In this document: piece after piece, positions 39,401 to 49,361 of the stretch | How the letters are laid out: each line of letters starts with the position of its first letter | How positions within the stretch are numbered: the stretch's first letter is position 1 | From: Capsulimonadaceae bacterium | Lineage (GTDB): Bacteria; Armatimonadota; Armatimonadia; Armatimonadales; Capsulimonadaceae | DNA length: 64,000 nt | Assembly (NCBI GenBank): GCA_965215505.1 | Contig: OZ244065.1 | Location: 4,960,001-5,024,000 of the forward strand | Reading direction: 5' to 3' | Position numbers and translations under genes: made by a program | The notes under the pieces: generated by a model | What the model was told of the DNA's origin: nothing | Databases searched by the model: none | What the model saw: the letters and a program-made list of their open reading frames with translations, nothing else

Positions 39401-41273
39401 GCCCGGAGGCCAGCCCGGAGGCCAGCCCGGAGGCCAGCCCGGAGGCCAGCCCGGAGGCCAGCCCGGAGGCCAGCCCGGAGGCCAGCCCGGAGGCCAGCCC
39501 GGAGGCCAGCCCGGAGGCCAGCCCGGAGGCCAGCCCGGAGGCCAGCCCGGAGGCCAGCCCGGAGGCCAGCCCGGAGGCCAGCCCGGAGGCCAGCCCGGAG
39601 GCCAGCCCGGAGGCCAGCCCGGAGGCCAGCCCGGAGGCCAGCCCGGAGGCCAGCCCGGAGGCCAGCCCGGAGGCCAGCCCGGAGGCCAGCCCGGAGGCCA
39701 GCCCGGAACTAACACTCCCAGACAATCCGCTCCAGGACAGCCGGGTCAAGGACAGCCGGGTCAAGGACAGCCGGGTCAAGGACAGCCGGGTCAAGGACAG
39801 CCGGGTCAAGGACAGCCGGGTCAAGGACAGCCGGGTCAGGGACAACCTGGGCAGGGACAACCTGGGCAGGGACAACCTGGGCAGGGACAACCTGGGTCGC
39901 AGGCTGGTCAGCCTGGCCAGCAAGGGGCACAGGCCGGACAGCCGAGTGATGCCGGGGCACAGGCCGGACAGCCGAGTGATGCCGGGGCGCAGGCAGCGGA
40001 TGGGAACCTGGATGCGCCTGCCGCAGCGGCAACACCGGGAACTTCGGGCGCGACGGGCGGCGTCTTGAGCGGAGAGCAGAATGATGGCATGTCGGACACC
40101 GCCGACCCGACGCAGATCACGGCGCAGAACACCGAGTCCACGGGCTTTGACACGCCCGAAACCCGTGCCTATCCTGACCTTCCCTCCGACCCGGTGGGCG
40201 GCGACAAGAAGGGCATTCCGGGCGCTCTGATCCTGCCGCCCTCGCCGCCGATGGGGACCGAGACGGGGAAGGACCCGACGCCGCACCCCGTCAAGACCAA
40301 CATCATCACCCGCGCCACCGGCAAGACGGCGACGCGCGTCAGCCCGGTCACGCAGCCGACGCCCACGAGCCGCGCGCAGGCCGCGCGCAAGGCCACGCCC
40401 GCCCCCATCGGCATGGCGAAGAAGACTGACGCCAAGCCGATCGCGCCCGCCCTGACCGTCGGCTCGACCAGCGCGCGCGGCACCGTCCCGGTCGTCGTCC
40501 TGGCCCGACCGCACCTCGCTCTGGGGACGGTGGCAGACACGATTGACCCGCCGCTGCCGCCCGCCAAAGGCACGCCGCGTTCGCACACCCTCGCGCTCAA
40601 GCAGGAGCCGGTCCGCGCCCTGGCCGCCGCCCGGACTCCCCCGCCCGCCGCACCCGCGCCGCCGACGGAGAGCGTCAAGAAGACCCCGCCCATCGTCCGG
40701 CAGGTCAAGAACAGCGAGGGCATCAAGGAGGGGACCGAACAGCCCTTGCCGCCGACCCCCCTGCCGGACAGCGACATGGAGATCGGCGACGGCTCCGGCC
40801 TGAAGGGCGACTACTACCAGGGCCGTCGTTTCGACCAGTTCCAGTTCACGCGGGCCGACCCGAACATCAACTTCGTCTTCACCGACCTGCCGGACCGGTC
40901 GCCCAGCCCCAAGATCCCCTCGGGCAGCGACTACACCGTCCGCTGGACCGGCAAGATCGCGGCGAAGTATTCCGAGACGTACACCCTCTACACCACCGTA
41001 GACGACGGCGTCCGCGTCTGGATCAACCACAAGCTGATCATCGACGACTGGACACTGCACGGGGCGACCGAGTTCTCCAACCGCTTCACCTTCAAGGCCG
41101 GGGAACAGTACCCTATCAAAGTGGAGTATCTGGAAAGCGCGGGCGGGGCCGCCCTCGTCCGGCTCTACTGGTCCAGCCCGAGCCAGCAGAAGCAGTACGT
41201 CCCCGAGGATGCCTTCTTCTACCCGCTGCCGAGCGACGAGGACGACCTGAAGAAAGACAAGGCCCCGCTGTAA
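36489..41273 (+). CDS. 1594-aa membrane-anchored protein: TonB-like anchor, Gly/Gln/Pro repeat stalk, C-terminal PA14 domain
   Basis: MNKKKR+TM (ASFLLNG); tandem GQP repeats; PA14 motifs [49 protein letters not shown]. Confidence 0.88.
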   Translation: MNKKKRIAVAYLASFLLNGVFWLVYARELRQAGATPPKPAPAASSFKPLVLGQFKPLPRRELPPPATRAANAPSGMKAGETGANGRPGTADASRSASLDSRPDQAASASGAAAQAAGLSAGANASRPGLTASGAAGQAPAASAGLAPAGLKAAVQGGKQAVGGSRASLTAHGQAGKTGAAVRVASAQTPSGTSSSHDDLAASENGGDSAASAAAVRAQALAAARLALLQSAALKAAIPTDKDGSDKDGKDAKNPEPEKAKADKQKPPPPGQKVALKVIKMWTPRPGQKFNLATSLNITLPPTLTLVPGPPLTPEQMEEIQKLLRQQKLKHVTLDRKQLKKLIAAQRIAEDTKKPDQKQPGDEGRKREAKREQKPRVAKPRTASARRPAPAKIAMARPRSPFTYKQWNSDMLRRWQPTSPAAEAAQGGAAGDPSQRVASNGQPGQDPASPLALHPPDGQADGVPGTNAEPQPGAAGTPGAAPVGPPGADGTPNAANNPPALGTPANPTTGQAGAQGQAGAQPGANAGQPGAPAGQPGQAGAQAGQQGLAGQQGVQGQPGGPTTGAAGNPSNQGNTQNGQPGAPPASPANPGGAAGSAGQPVTQGTPPTASQGGQPGAAGGPAGQPGGQNTPPTGQPGQPNNPAGQAGQPGQPGAQGQPGAQGQPGAQGQPGAQGQPGAQGQPGAQGQPGAQGQPGAQGQPGAQGQPGAQGQPGAQGQPGGAAGQPGAAAGSPNPPAPGNPGQPGNPGQPGNPGQPGNPGQPGNPGQPGNPGQPGNPGQPGNPGQPGNPGQPGNPGQPGNPGQPGNPGQPGNPGQPGNPGQPGNPGQPGNPGGNPPAGQQGGQGQPGQPGQPGGQPGANAAPQGVPGGPAGQQGQPGAQGNQQGANEGQPGGQPGGQPGGQPGGQPGGQPGGQPGGQPGGQPGGQPGGQPGGQPGGQPGGQPGGQPGGQPGGQPGGQPGGQPGGQPGGQPGGQPGGQPGGQPGGQPGGQPGGQPGGQPGGQPGGQPGGQPGGQPGGQPGGQPGGQPGGQPGGQPGGQPGGQPGGQPGGQPGGQPGGQPGGQPGGQPGGQPGGQPGTNTPRQSAPGQPGQGQPGQGQPGQGQPGQGQPGQGQPGQGQPGQGQPGQGQPGQGQPGQGQPGSQAGQPGQQGAQAGQPSDAGAQAGQPSDAGAQAADGNLDAPAAAATPGTSGATGGVLSGEQNDGMSDTADPTQITAQNTESTGFDTPETRAYPDLPSDPVGGDKKGIPGALILPPSPPMGTETGKDPTPHPVKTNIITRATGKTATRVSPVTQPTPTSRAQAARKATPAPIGMAKKTDAKPIAPALTVGSTSARGTVPVVVLARPHLALGTVADTIDPPLPPAKGTPRSHTLALKQEPVRALAAARTPPPAAPAPPTESVKKTPPIVRQVKNSEGIKEGTEQPLPPTPLPDSDMEIGDGSGLKGDYYQGRRFDQFQFTRADPNINFVFTDLPDRSPSPKIPSGSDYTVRWTGKIAAKYSETYTLYTTVDDGVRVWINHKLIIDDWTLHGATEFSNRFTFKAGEQYPIKVEYLESAGGAALVRLYWSSPSQQKQYVPEDAFFYPLPSDEDDLKKDKAPL
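38433..38630 (+). repeat. 18-bp tandem repeat x11 (GQPGAQ)
   Basis: GGCCAGCCAGGGGCGCAA exact copies. Confidence 0.95.
38694..38963 (+). repeat. 18-bp tandem repeat x15 (PGNPGQ)
   Basis: CCCGGCAATCCGGGTCAG exact copies. Confidence 0.95.
39144..39707 (+). repeat. 12-bp tandem repeat x47 (GQPG)
   Basis: GGCCAGCCCGGA exact copies. Confidence 0.95.
39735..39896 (+). repeat. 15-bp tandem repeat, about 11 units (GQPGQ) in two synonymous variants
   Basis: GGACAGCCGGGTCA(A/G) x7 then GGACAACCTGGGCAG x3 plus a partial unit. Confidence 0.9.
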
Positions 41274-41297
41274 AACGCGGCGGATGACGCAAGCACC

Positions 41298-42887
41298 ATG
41301 ACGTTACGATCTTCGTTCGCCTGGGCGCGGCCCGCCGCTGCGCTTGGCCTGCTCCTCTGCACCGGCCTCCCCCCCGCTTCGGCCCAGATCGTGGGGGGCC
41401 AGGCGGACGAAGAGGGCACCGCGCCGGTGCAGGTGGCGAAAGTCCCCGCGTCGGCCCGGCTCCAGCCCGTCATCCTGCCCGCTGACCCGAAGCCGGCCAT
41501 CCACGGCCCGCAGATCGTGGGTGCGACGCCTGGCCACCCGTTCCTGTTCCGCATCCCCGCGACGGGTGAGGAGCCGCTGACCTTCGCCTGCGCCGATTTG
41601 CCCCCCGGCCTCACTTTGGACCCGAAGACGGGCATCCTCTCCGGCACCGCCCCGGCGGCGGGCGATCACATCCTGCACCTCACGGCTTCCAACACACAGG
41701 GGAAGGCCACGCGCGCCCTCACCCTCAAAGGCGGCGACCACCCGCTCGCCCTGACCCCGCCGATGGGCTGGGACGCCGTCAACCTCTATGCCAACACCGT
41801 GGACGACGCCAAGACGCGGGCGGCGGCGGACGCCCTAGTCAAGTCCGGCCTGGCCGCGCACGGCTGGTCCACCATCCACATCAATGACACCTGGCAGGGT
41901 GTCCGGGACAAGAAGACCGGCGAGATCCTGCCTAACCGCCGCCGCTTCCCGGACATGAAGGCGCTGGCGGACTATGTCCACGGTCAGGGCCTCAAGTTCG
42001 GCCTGGAATCCTCCGCGACCGAACACACCTGCGCCGGGTTCCCCGGCAGCCTCGGCCACGCCTCCCAGGACGCCGCCACCTATGCCGGCTGGGGCGTGGA
42101 CTATTTGCAATACGACTGGTGCCCCGTGCCGACGCTCGACGAGAAGCCGCCGCCCGACGACCAGACCGCCGCCTTCAAGCAGATGCGGACCGCCCTGGAC
42201 AAGACGGGCCGGGACATCGTCTTCGGCGTGGACAACTTCGGCGCGGGCGATCCCGGCGACTGGGCACCAGGCGCGGGCGCGAACACCTGGGTCACCAGCC
42301 GCGAGGTGTTCGACGACTGGCCGATCATGCTGCGCGCCCTGTTCGCGCAGCCCTGGACCGCCGACCGGGCCGGGCCGGGCCACTGGGGCAATCCCGGCCT
42401 GCTGATGGCGGGCAAATTCGGCGTCGCCGCCGTGCATCCCACCCGCCTGACCTTCCCCCAGCAGATGGCGCAGATCTCGCAGTGTGCCCTGCTCGGAGCG
42501 CCCCTGTGGCTCTCCTGCGACCTGACCTCGCTCGACCCAAACGCCTTCCACCCGTCCGTCACGGCCATGCTGACCGACGACGAGGTGCTGGACGTGGACC
42601 AGGACCCCGCCGGGCACCCCGCCGCCCAGATCACCGGCAACCGGTTGGTGCAGATATGGTCCAAGCCGCTCGCCGACGGCACGTTCGCCGTCGGCCTGTT
42701 CAACCTCACCGACACGCCCCACCAGCTCTGGGTCAGCCTCCCGAAAGTAGGACTCACCGGCGCGCAGCCGGTCCGTGACCTGTGGCTGCATCAGGACTTG
42801 GGCGACTTCACCGGCACGTTCGCCACCGACCTCCCCGCCTACGGGGTGGCACTGATCAAGGTCGGCAAGCCGGCCGCGCCGAAATAG
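41298..42887 (+). CDS. Secreted Ig-like + GH27 (alpha-galactosidase-fold) protein with degenerate active site
   Basis: LALTPPMGW, FPDMKALADYVH.QGLKFG, WGVDYLQYDWC, VRDLW; LPPGLTLDPKTGILSG Ig-like domain. Confidence 0.85.
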   Translation: MTLRSSFAWARPAAALGLLLCTGLPPASAQIVGGQADEEGTAPVQVAKVPASARLQPVILPADPKPAIHGPQIVGATPGHPFLFRIPATGEEPLTFACADLPPGLTLDPKTGILSGTAPAAGDHILHLTASNTQGKATRALTLKGGDHPLALTPPMGWDAVNLYANTVDDAKTRAAADALVKSGLAAHGWSTIHINDTWQGVRDKKTGEILPNRRRFPDMKALADYVHGQGLKFGLESSATEHTCAGFPGSLGHASQDAATYAGWGVDYLQYDWCPVPTLDEKPPPDDQTAAFKQMRTALDKTGRDIVFGVDNFGAGDPGDWAPGAGANTWVTSREVFDDWPIMLRALFAQPWTADRAGPGHWGNPGLLMAGKFGVAAVHPTRLTFPQQMAQISQCALLGAPLWLSCDLTSLDPNAFHPSVTAMLTDDEVLDVDQDPAGHPAAQITGNRLVQIWSKPLADGTFAVGLFNLTDTPHQLWVSLPKVGLTGAQPVRDLWLHQDLGDFTGTFATDLPAYGVALIKVGKPAAPK

Positions 42888-42892
42888 ACACT

Positions 42893-44395
42893 ATGGACCG
42901 TACACATTACCTCCCGCTGCTGGCACTCTCGCTCTGGGGCGTACAGGTCCCCGCTGTCGCCCAGCGTGTCCCGCCGACCCCATCACCCGCCGACCCTGCC
43001 GCGCCCGCCACGCCGACTAGGCCGGTCAAGCCGCCGGACCCCAAAGTCGCCGCCCTCATGGACGCCTTGCGCGCCAAGGATTTGGCCCAGGTCAAGCGCA
43101 TGCTGGCGGCGGGGGACAGCGCGAACAGCGCCCTTGACGACGGCACCTCCGCCCTGATGACGGCTTCGGGGACGGGCGACCCCGCCCTCGTCAGCCTGCT
43201 GCTGTCGCGCGGCGCGGACGTCAACGCCCGCGCCTATGACGGCGACAGTGCCCTTCTGGAAGCCGCCCACAAGGGCAGCGTCCCCGCCCTGACGCTGCTG
43301 CTGGCGCACGGTGCGGATGTGAAAGCGGCCGACAAGCTCGGCGTCACGCCGCTCATGGAGGCCGCCCATTCCGGCAACCCCGCCGCCGCCGCGCTGCTGC
43401 TGGCGCGCGGCGCGGACGCAAACACGCTGGACACCAAAGACGGCTACTCGGCCCTGATGATCGCCGCCTACTCCGGCTATTCCCGGACGGTGCAGGTCCT
43501 GCTCGACCACGGCGCGGACCCGAAAGCCTCGGACCTGAACGCGCGGACGCCGCTGATGAACGCCGCCTACTCCGGCGACGTGCCCAGCCTCACGCTGCTT
43601 CTGGCGAAGGGGGCAGACCTGAACGGCCGCGACCGGGACGGCTTCACGCCGATCGCGCTGGCCGCCGGCGCGGCCCGGCTCGCCGCCACCCAGGCATTGC
43701 TGGCAAAAGGGGCGGACGTGAACGCCCGCACCGTCACCGGCTTCACGCCGCTGATGCAGGCCGCCGCAGCGGGCAGCATCCCCGTCATGCAGCTCCTGCT
43801 CGACAAGGGCGCAGATAAGGACGCCGTGACGACCGGCGGGGCGACGGCGGCCATCGTGGCGGCCTATGGCGGGCGCGGGTCGGCCGTCAAGCTGCTGCTA
43901 GACCAGGGGGCCGACGTCAACGCCTCAGACAGCGCCGGCCACACCGCCCTCATGGGCGCGGCCTTCGCCGGCGATGCCCCGCTCGCCAAGCTGCTGCTGG
44001 GCCGGGGGGCCGAGGTCGCCACCAGGACCGAAACCGGCTTCACCCCGCTGATGCAGGCCGCCTACGTCGGCAGCGCCGCCATCGCCGGCATGCTGCTGGA
44101 CAAAGGGGCGGACCTGGAAGCCAAGAACAACCTGGGCTACACCGCCTTGATGCAGGCCGCCGCCTCCGGCAGCCTGCCCACCGCCCGCCTCCTGCTGGAG
44201 CGCGGCGCGGACGTCGGCGTTGAAGACAACAAAGGGAATAATGCCCTCTGGTGGGCCTTGCGCCACCGCCACGACGACGTCGCCGCCCTGCTCCGCAAGG
44301 CCGGGTCGCCCGAGCCGGCCACCCTGCCGGATGCACCGCCCCCCGCCCCCGCGCCGCCGGTCAGTCCCTTCAATCCCTATTCGCGCTCTGTGTGA
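42893..44395 (+). CDS. Secreted ankyrin-repeat protein
   Basis: Roughly a dozen G.TPLM.AA..G....V..LL..GAD.N repeats after a signal peptide. Confidence 0.92.
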   Translation: MDRTHYLPLLALSLWGVQVPAVAQRVPPTPSPADPAAPATPTRPVKPPDPKVAALMDALRAKDLAQVKRMLAAGDSANSALDDGTSALMTASGTGDPALVSLLLSRGADVNARAYDGDSALLEAAHKGSVPALTLLLAHGADVKAADKLGVTPLMEAAHSGNPAAAALLLARGADANTLDTKDGYSALMIAAYSGYSRTVQVLLDHGADPKASDLNARTPLMNAAYSGDVPSLTLLLAKGADLNGRDRDGFTPIALAAGAARLAATQALLAKGADVNARTVTGFTPLMQAAAAGSIPVMQLLLDKGADKDAVTTGGATAAIVAAYGGRGSAVKLLLDQGADVNASDSAGHTALMGAAFAGDAPLAKLLLGRGAEVATRTETGFTPLMQAAYVGSAAIAGMLLDKGADLEAKNNLGYTALMQAAASGSLPTARLLLERGADVGVEDNKGNNALWWALRHRHDDVAALLRKAGSPEPATLPDAPPPAPAPPVSPFNPYSRSV

Positions 44396-44483
44396 CGCTT
44401 CCCGCCGAAGAAACAAAAAAGACTCGCCGCGCCCGGAACTTTTGGAGCGCGCGTTTCGCTGTGACCTGTGGAGGATACAAACC

Positions 44484-44780
44484 ATGATCATTCGCACCCG
44501 CAAGGCTATGCTCGCCCTGCTCCCGGCCACCCTGGCCCTGTTCGCGCCCGTCGCCCCGTCGTTCGCCCAGATGGCGCACAAGCCCAACTTCATCCAGCGG
44601 CACCCGACCATGACCGGCATCGCCGCAGGCGTCGCCACCCACCACGCCCTCAAGGTCGCCGCGCGCAACCGCAAGATGCATGGCCAGAAGCTGGACTTCG
44701 CCCAGCGGCACCCCACCATGTCGGCCATCGGGGCCGGTGCGCTCACCCGCCACGAGATCAAGGCGCATACGGCCCACTAG
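44484..44780 (+). CDS. Small basic secreted protein with internal repeat
   Basis: GGAGG RBS, signal peptide (SFAQ), NFIQRHPTM / DFAQRHPTM repeats. Confidence 0.75.
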   Translation: MIIRTRKAMLALLPATLALFAPVAPSFAQMAHKPNFIQRHPTMTGIAAGVATHHALKVAARNRKMHGQKLDFAQRHPTMSAIGAGALTRHEIKAHTAH

Positions 44781-44804
44781 GCCGCCGCCTTTCAAGCCGA
44801 AGCC

Positions 44805-44838
44805 GCCCGCCGCTCTCTGACAGCGGCGGGCTTTTTTT
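44805..44838 (+). terminator. Intrinsic terminator
   Basis: GCCCGCCGCT...AGCGGCGGGC-TTTTTTT. Confidence 0.85.
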
Positions 44839-44957
44839 GTCACTCTCCCGCCGCCCCCTGCCTTCGCAGGCCGCTTTTTTCGGGCCGCTTATGGTATAGT
44901 AAGCGTAACTGCTTGCGGCCTGCGAAGTGACCGGGCGCGCGGAAAGACACCTCCACC

Positions 44958-45890
44958 ATGCCGATTGTCGTCGGAGTGGCCTTCAAGCCGCTCGGGAAGA
45001 TCACCCTCTGCGATCCGGGGCCGCTGGAACTGGCCCTCGATGATGCCGTGATCGTCGGCGGCGAGGCCGGGCCGGGCGCGGCAGGACTGGAATTCGGATT
45101 CGTGAAGACCCCCGCCCGCGCCGTCCCTGACGAAGACGCCCCGCCCCCCCTGCGCCCCGTCTTGCGCGCCGCGCAGCCCGAAGACTGGGCGCGGCGCGAG
45201 CGCGGCGAGCGGCGGCAGGCCGAGGCCTACAAGGTCTGTCTGGAGAAGATCGGCCGGCTCGGCCTCCCCATGAAGCTGGTGGAAGCCGAGTGGGCCTTCG
45301 ACGGGGCGCAGGCCACCTTCCACTTCACCGCCGAGGGCCGCGTAGACTTCCGCGCCCTCGTCCGCGAGGTGGCCGCCGCCCTGCACGTCCGCGTCCAGAT
45401 GCACCAGGTCGGCGCGCGCGACCACGCCCGCGTCTTCCCCGGCGTCGGCCCCTGCGGGCGGCCCACCTGCTGCTCGACCTTCCTGCGGGAGTTCCAGCCC
45501 GTCTCGATGAAGATGGTCAAGAGCCAGAACCTGGCCCTGAACCCCTCCAAGTTCTCCGGCCTGTGCGGCAAGCTGATGTGCTGCCTGCGCTACGAGCAGG
45601 ACGGCGACGAGCCGGGGCGGCCCGCCATGCCCCAGCCCGGCATGGTCGTCATGACTCCCATGGGCCGGGCCAAGGTGGAGGAAGTCAACGCCGTCCAGCA
45701 GATGGTGACCGTCCAACTCGAGTCTCAGCGGTTTGTGGAGGTGCGGGCGAAGGACGTCGGCGAGGTCCCCGGCTGCGTGGACCACGCCGAGGGCGGCTGC
45801 ACCGACTGTGCCGCAAGCGGCGCGCTCTCCGCCTGTGAGGTGCCGACCCGCGACAAGCCGGTCGGCGGCACGTCCCTCCCGGTGTTTTGA
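44958..45890 (+). CDS. ricT: PSP1-domain protein (RicT/YaaT)
   Basis: FTAEGRVDFR.LV, GVGPCGRPTCCSTFL, SMKM.K.QNL.LNP.K.SG.CGKLMCCLRYE. Confidence 0.88.
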   Translation: MPIVVGVAFKPLGKITLCDPGPLELALDDAVIVGGEAGPGAAGLEFGFVKTPARAVPDEDAPPPLRPVLRAAQPEDWARRERGERRQAEAYKVCLEKIGRLGLPMKLVEAEWAFDGAQATFHFTAEGRVDFRALVREVAAALHVRVQMHQVGARDHARVFPGVGPCGRPTCCSTFLREFQPVSMKMVKSQNLALNPSKFSGLCGKLMCCLRYEQDGDEPGRPAMPQPGMVVMTPMGRAKVEEVNAVQQMVTVQLESQRFVEVRAKDVGEVPGCVDHAEGGCTDCAASGALSACEVPTRDKPVGGTSLPVF

Positions 45891-45976
45891 CCTGATTATC
45901 CGCGCCCGCGCATCAACCCCGGCCCGTTTGGGTACGCTGTCTTTACCTTGACCCGTAACGCAAAGGACACTGCGGA

Positions 45977-46816
45977 ATGACCCCCATGCCTCCTCTCAGC
46001 GCCGGATCGCCCTCCACCGAGCGGCGGCGGCTCCTGGCCCGCGCCCGCCGCCTCGCCCAGCGCGCCGAGACGCTGGCGGAGAAGGGGCGCTTCGCCGAGG
46101 CTATCGTCTGCCAGAGCGAGGTCACCAGCCTCCGCCCCGAGGATGCCGTCGCCTTCTTCCGGCTGGGCCTCCTCTGCCGCGAGGCCCGGCGCACCGACCA
46201 GGCCGTCCAGGCCCTGCGCCGGGCGACCGACCTCAGCCCCGCCGACCGCGACCCGCGCGAGGCGCTGGCCGAAACCCTGGTCGAAGCCGGCCGCTACGAG
46301 GAGGCCGTGTCGGAGGCGCGCGCCCTCATCAAAGTCGCACCCCGCAGCCTGTTCGCCCGCGATGTCCTCAGCGTCTCCTACCTCCAGCTCGGGCAGTTCG
46401 ACCGGGCCTTGCAGGTGACCGGCGAGATGCTCTGGCTGGACCCCATGAACCCGAACCACCACTTCCGGCGCGGCCTCCTGTTCCAGCAGCAGGGCAGCCT
46501 GCGGGCCGCCGTCGGTGCCTATTCCCGTGTGCTGGACATGGCCCACCCCGAGAGCGACACCTACGAGGATGCCGGAGAAGCGATCCAGGAACTGGACGAC
46601 ACCCAGACCCGTCACATTCTCCTGCTGGCCTCCGAGGACCGCCTGTTCCTCCTCAAACTGCGCCGCGACCTCGCCGAAGCCGTCCACGAGCGCGGCTTCT
46701 TCCTCAGCGAAGACGGCATGGCCCGCCTGGGCCACCTCCTGCCGCACGAGTTCCCCGACTGGATCGGCGACCGGCCCACGCCCACTTCCTGGGGCAGCAT
46801 GGGCCTCTACAACTAG
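45977..46816 (+). CDS. Tetratricopeptide-repeat protein
   Basis: Repeated TPR-like helical pairs (AFFRLG...QAVQALRRATDLSP). Confidence 0.8.
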   Translation: MTPMPPLSAGSPSTERRRLLARARRLAQRAETLAEKGRFAEAIVCQSEVTSLRPEDAVAFFRLGLLCREARRTDQAVQALRRATDLSPADRDPREALAETLVEAGRYEEAVSEARALIKVAPRSLFARDVLSVSYLQLGQFDRALQVTGEMLWLDPMNPNHHFRRGLLFQQQGSLRAAVGAYSRVLDMAHPESDTYEDAGEAIQELDDTQTRHILLLASEDRLFLLKLRRDLAEAVHERGFFLSEDGMARLGHLLPHEFPDWIGDRPTPTSWGSMGLYN

Positions 46817-46820
46817 CTTT

Positions 46821-47675
46821 ATGAACACCGACTGGTTGGCGCTACGCGGCGGGCGGACCCTCGTGATGGGCGTCCTGAACGTCACCCCCGACTCCTTCTC
46901 CGATGGCGGGCTGTACCAGGGCGTCGAGGCCGCCGTCGCCCACGCCCACTCCCTCGTTCGGGACGGCGCGCACCTGCTGGACATCGGCGGCGAGAGTACC
47001 CGCCCCGCCACCTTCGGCGACAAGTCCCCCCTGCCGCCCGCCGAAGAGATGCGCCGCATCCTCCCCGTCATCGCCCGCCTCGCCGCCGAGATGCCCTCCG
47101 TCCCCCTGTCCGTGGACACCTACAAGGCCGAAGTCGCCCAGGCCGCGCTCGACGCCGGGGCCTCCCTCGTCAACGACATCAGCGGACTGACCTATGACCC
47201 CGCCATGGCCGCCCTTGTCGCCGCCCGCAACGTCCCGCTCCTCCTGATGCACTTGCCCGGACGCCCCCGCGACCTGCCCCTGAACCCTGTCTACCAAGAC
47301 GTCGTAGCCGACGTGCTGGCCTTCTTCAAGCGTCAGGTCGCCTACGCCGAAGGGCAGGGCGTCCGCCGCGACCAGCTCTGGCTCGACCCCGGCCTCGGCT
47401 TCGGCAAGACCGCCGCCCACAACCTCGAACTCCTGCGCCGCCTGCCCGAGCTGACAGTCCTCGGCTTGCCCCTCGTCGTCGGGGCCTCCCGCAAAAAGTT
47501 CCTCGGCCGCATCCTCGGCACCGATGACCCCGACGACCGCAAGGAAGGCACGGCCGCCACCGTCGCCCTCAGCATCGCTTATGGGGCCGCCATGGTCCGC
47601 GTCCACGACGTCCGCGAGATGGCCCGCGTCGCCAAAGTCAGCGACGCCATCGTGCGCGGCTGGGACGAGGGCTGA
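46821..47675 (+). CDS. folP: Dihydropteroate synthase
   Basis: MGVLNVTPDSFSDGG, DIGGESTRP, SVDTYK, DPGLGFGK, GASRK, VRVHDV. Confidence 0.96.
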   Translation: MNTDWLALRGGRTLVMGVLNVTPDSFSDGGLYQGVEAAVAHAHSLVRDGAHLLDIGGESTRPATFGDKSPLPPAEEMRRILPVIARLAAEMPSVPLSVDTYKAEVAQAALDAGASLVNDISGLTYDPAMAALVAARNVPLLLMHLPGRPRDLPLNPVYQDVVADVLAFFKRQVAYAEGQGVRRDQLWLDPGLGFGKTAAHNLELLRRLPELTVLGLPLVVGASRKKFLGRILGTDDPDDRKEGTAATVALSIAYGAAMVRVHDVREMARVAKVSDAIVRGWDEG

Positions 47676-49248
47676 ATGGCCCTCCCGCTCAACATTGACG
47701 ACGTTCTGCTCGGCCGCTCCGTCGAATGGGAGCGCCTGGAGTTCAAGCAGAACTGGAACCCGGAGGACGTGCTGCACACGCTCTGTGCGTTCGCCAACGA
47801 CTTCCATAACCTCGGCGGGGGCTATCTCTTTATTGGCATCGCTGATCAGGACGGGCCGCCCGTCCTGCCGCCGTCCGGCCTCAACCCCGCCGCCCTGGAC
47901 CGGCTGCAAAAGGATGTGCTGGAGATCGGCCACCGCCTCGTGCCCGCATACCACCCTCTGATGGACCCCTGCGTCATCCAGGGCCGGCACGTCCTGATAC
48001 TCCGCGCCCCCGGCGGTCAGAGCCGCCCCTATAAGGCGCCCGTCTCGCTCTCCAAAGACGGCAAGGTCTACGGCTACTACATCCGCAAGGGGTCGAGTAC
48101 GGTCCGGGCCAATGCCGATGAAGAGGTCGAGCTGTTTTCCCTGGCGGCGCAAATCCCCTACGACGACCGCATGAACCAGCGCGCCTCCGTTCTGGACTTG
48201 AGCCTGCCGTTGATTAAGGCATTCCTGCGTGACACCGGCGGTGCCCTCGCGGACCAGGCCGACACGATGCCGTTCGGCGACCTCTGCCGCCGGATGGCGA
48301 TCACGGACGGCCCGACTGAATACACGCTGCCGCGAAACGTCGGGCTGATGTTCTTCAACGAGTCGCCCGAACGCTTCTTCCCGCAGGCCCAGATCGACGT
48401 CGTCCTCTTCCCCGACGGGCCGGCGGGCGGCAGAATCATCGAGCGAGTCTTCAAAGGACTTTTGAGCCAGATGCTCCGGGATGCGCTGCTCTTCATCAGC
48501 AACTCCGTCCTGGAAGAAACCGTTGTCAAGCGCCCCGACCGGGCGGAAGCGGACCGGTTCTTTAACTATCCCTATGCGGCAATCGAGGAGATCCTGGTCA
48601 ACGCCGCCTACCACCGCAGCTACGAAATCCGCGAACCCGTCGAAGTGCGCGTCCTCCCCGAGTGCATCACCATCACCAGCCACCCTGGGCCGGACCGGTC
48701 CATCTCGCTCACAGACCTGGAGAACGGTCGGCTCGTCGCGCGCCGCTACCGGAACCGGCGTATCGGCGAGTTCCTGAAAGAACTACGCCTGACGGAAGGC
48801 CGGGGGACCGGCATCCTGACCGTCATCCGCGCGATGCGCGGAAACGGCTCGCCCGCCCCCGCGTTCAATACCGACGCCGACCGGACCTACTTCACGGCGA
48901 CTTTGCCGGTACACGCCCTGACGACCCCCCAAGTACCCCCCAGTAACCCCCCAAGTAGCGCAGAAAGCAGGGCGGGGAAAGATGCGCGTCATGCTGGACT
49001 ACTGCGTCAGCCCGCGTGACCGCGCCAGCATCCAGGTCAGGCTGAACCTAAGAAACCAGAAGGACGCGCGCCAGCGTTATCTCATGCCCGCCATGGCCGC
49101 CGGCTGGCTGACGATGACCGACCCCGCGCACCCCAACTCTCCCGCACAGAAGTACCGCACAACACCACTTGGGTTGGCACTCCTGAATGTGGAAGAAGGC
49201 CAGGAGGAGGCAGACGCCCTTGCCTCCCCGCCGCCCCGCGTGTTATAA
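47676..49248 (+). pseudogene. AlbA_2/Schlafen-like + HATPase_c_4 (RecG C-terminal-like) + winged-helix protein, frameshifted before the last domain
   Basis: LEFK, CAFAN...GGYLFIGI, EILVNAAYHRSY, YRNRRIGEFLKELRLTEGRGTG; wHTH with YLMPA...MT.P..PNSP.QKYR lies in another frame after TPQV repeats (~48924-48957). Confidence 0.8.
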
Positions 49249-49361
49249 TTCTCCCATAATCAATTCCCTGTCACCGTTGGCTCTAATGTCTCCTCCATGT
49301 CCGCCGCCTCGGTCGCGGCGGCGGCCGGCCAGGCCGGACTGGATTTGTAGGCGACCAAAGA

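Noticed and set aside
38433-39896. Possible CRISPR array
   Set aside because: Head-to-tail repeats with no unique spacers, in frame within a CDS; no cas genes
38271-41060. 929-aa minus-strand ORF and 578-aa alternate-frame ORF (LASG / SPEA repeats)
   Set aside because: Shadows of stop-free tandem repeats inside the 1594-aa gene, whose frame carries the TM anchor and PA14 domain
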